IMG/VR virus record: IMGVR_UViG_3300045988_008161
Coordinates: 1-5,292 of that record
Reading direction: 5' to 3' (one strand)
DNA length: 5,292 bases
From: a virus
The translations under genes and the position numbers were made by a program. The notes below the pieces were generated by a model. The model did not search any database, was not told where the DNA came from, and was given only the letters and a program-made list of their open reading frames with translations. Of the stretch, positions 3,823-5,292 are shown piece by piece; the stretch's first letter is position 1; every line of letters starts with the position of its first letter.

Positions 3823-4629
3823 ATGTCATTTTTAGCAGCACTAGCAACAGGCGCAAAATTACTAGGCGGCGTGAGCACGCTCGTAAACGCAGGAACAGGC
3901 ATTTACAACGCGCTTAAAGGCACATCGGGAAGCGGTTGGTCGGCAGCAAACAGTTACAACCAAGCACACGGCGAAGGCGGGTCGACCATGACCAGCGAAA
4001 GTGGCGTCAATATGGGACAGACGCAGGAGCTTGCAAAATACTTCCTTGGGCAAAGTCAGCAAGCGCAAGGAATGCAGAGTCAGCAAAACAATAAGAACTC
4101 CCTCTTGGCACTAGGCTTAAACACTCTAGGAGCTATCCAACAGGGCGTTTATAATCGCATCCAGCAGGATGCGGCCATGTCCTACAACTCAGCAGAGGCG
4201 GCGGCAAACAGGGCATGGCAGGAGCGTATGAGCAATACAAGTTACCAAAGAGCAATGGACGATATGAAAAAAGCGGGCTTAAATCCAATACTCGCATACC
4301 AGCAAGGTGGAGCAAGTACACCAGGCGGAGCACAAGGAACCATTGGACAGAGCAGCATGAGCGCACCAAGCGTCGGGACGCAATCAGCTAGTATGCCAAC
4401 AATATCCGGCACAGTAGCAAACTACAGCAAAACCAAGGCTGAAAGCTGGAACTGGACAGACTCGAAAGGCGAGATGCACAGTAGCGGATATAACAGTTAC
4501 CAGACAGACTTTCCAGACCTAACGCCGTGGTTCAACCAAAACAATAACAGCGGCAAAAGCACAGCAGCTGGAGGCGGCAAAAAAGATAAACAGGGCTTCG
4601 GCGGCAGCAAGGGAGGCAGTTTTAAATGA
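3823..4629 (+). CDS. VP2: Minor capsid / DNA pilot protein VP2, 268 aa
   Basis: ORF track entry. It has a Gly/Ala-rich hydrophobic N-terminus, MSFLAALATGAKLLGG. The block AWQERMSNTSYQRAMDDMKKAGLNPILAY matches the conserved VP2 motif as recalled. An in-frame TAG at 3817..3819 makes 3823 the first possible start. Confidence 0.88.
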   Translation: MSFLAALATGAKLLGGVSTLVNAGTGIYNALKGTSGSGWSAANSYNQAHGEGGSTMTSESGVNMGQTQELAKYFLGQSQQAQGMQSQQNNKNSLLALGLNTLGAIQQGVYNRIQQDAAMSYNSAEAAANRAWQERMSNTSYQRAMDDMKKAGLNPILAYQQGGASTPGGAQGTIGQSSMSAPSVGTQSASMPTISGTVANYSKTKAESWNWTDSKGEMHSSGYNSYQTDFPDLTPWFNQNNNSGKSTAAGGGKKDKQGFGGSKGGSFK

Positions 4630-5292
4630 GCTGTGAAAGACCACTTATCAGAGTATACAACCCAAACGACCATAACATAACAGGGTCAATCATGACCCTA
4701 GAAAAATACAGAGAAAGAGCGCATAATCCAGAGGCGACATACGAAAGCCTAGCATATAGAAAAGATGTCATGCTGCTACCATGCGGCAAGTGTCTGGGAT
4801 GCAGACTCAGACAGCGACAAGACTGGGAGACCAGAATGTTGATGGAGTCAAAAACACTCACACCAGCATGGTTTTTCACTCTTACATGGAATCAAGAATA
4901 TGTGCCTGGAATGATAAGAGCAACAGGCGAACTTATACGTGGAGCAGTACACCAGTGGACAACGGGAGACGCGCCAGAAGTTGTGCAAATCCTATTGCAA
5001 GAGGACATGGTACTTTTTAACAAAAGACTCCGAAAAAAACAAGAAATGTCCGATAAATGGGGTACAGACCTCAGATATTTTTATTGCGGCGAATACGGCG
5101 AAACCACAGGCAGACCGCATCACCATGCAATCTATTATGGGTTAGAAATACCAGACCTTAAGAAAAAAAGAGGCAATAATCCATACTTTGAGAGCGAAAC
5201 AATAGACAACATCTGGGGAATGGGCAATGTAATAATTGCAGAGGCGTCACCAGAAACAATGACGTATGTAGCGGGATACGTGACAAAAAAAG
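4626..5292 (+). CDS. VP4: Replication initiation protein VP4, N-terminal part (runs off the window and continues at 1..445; full length 340 aa)
   Basis: It is absent from the ORF track because it has no stop inside the window. ATG 4626 overlaps the VP2 stop (ATGA), and GGGAGG (4611..4616) lies 9 nt upstream. Hand translation is open to 5292: MSCERPLIRVYNP...LLPCGKCLGCRLRQRQDWE...AWFFTLTWNQ...YFYCGEYGETTGRPHHHAIYYG...NIWGMGNVII. It shows a Cys cluster, RCR motif 1 (FFTLTW) and the HUH motif (HHH codons at 5118..5126). Position 5220 equals 17 + 5203, so it is in frame with ORF 17..445. Confidence 0.92.
   Translation, partial: MSCERPLIRVYNPNDHNITGSIMTLEKYRERAHNPEATYESLAYRKDVMLLPCGKCLGCRLRQRQDWETRMLMESKTLTPAWFFTLTWNQEYVPGMIRATGELIRGAVHQWTTGDAPEVVQILLQEDMVLFNKRLRKKQEMSDKWGTDLRYFYCGEYGETTGRPHHHAIYYGLEIPDLKKKRGNNPYFESETIDNIWGMGNVIIAEASPETMTYVAGYVTKK
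5204..5292. repeat. Terminal direct repeat, right copy
   Basis: Identical to 1..89. Confidence 0.97.

Noticed and set aside
1853-5145. Alternative-frame + strand ORFs inside VP3, VP1 and VP4 (1853..2140, 2317..2595, 3403..3630, 3590..3835, 4781..5020, 4939..5145)
   Set aside because: phiX174-type overprinting exists, so they were considered. They have no SD at proper spacing, and their Arg/Thr/Ser-rich composition is typical of off-frame translation. I recognise no motif in them. Testing them would need conservation analysis.

Overview
The window is a complete, circularly permuted genome of a small ssDNA phage of the family Microviridae, with a Gokushovirinae-like gene set. Bases 1..89 recur exactly at 5204..5292, so the circular unit is 5203 nt. 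The replication gene that runs off the right end (4626..5292) continues in frame at 1..445. All convincing genes are on the + strand and form a chain of overlapping, probably translationally coupled ORFs behind one strong sigma70-type promoter (1013..1041). In order they are two small ORFans, a 39-aa highly basic J/VP8-like protein, VP5-like, scaffold VP3, major capsid VP1 (GTG start), pilot protein VP2 and replication initiator VP4. The oddity is a 617-nt non-coding region (446..1062), about 12 percent of an otherwise tightly packed genome. Its left half (about 61 percent GC by hand count) is a cluster of hairpins, a terminator that is much stronger in the minus orientation, and two 20-nt alternating pyrimidine-purine tracts. 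Its right half (about 30 percent GC) reads, on the minus strand, like a bacterial chromosomal origin. It has ten same-orientation DnaA-box-like 9-mers (one perfect TTATCCACA), a 4-nt GC cluster, five perfect DnaA-trio repeats (TAG x5 on the + strand) and an AT-rich tract. To my knowledge a DnaA-type origin module has not been described in a microvirus, so this is my top candidate for something new. Everything rests on reading the sequence and on recalled family knowledge; no searches were run.
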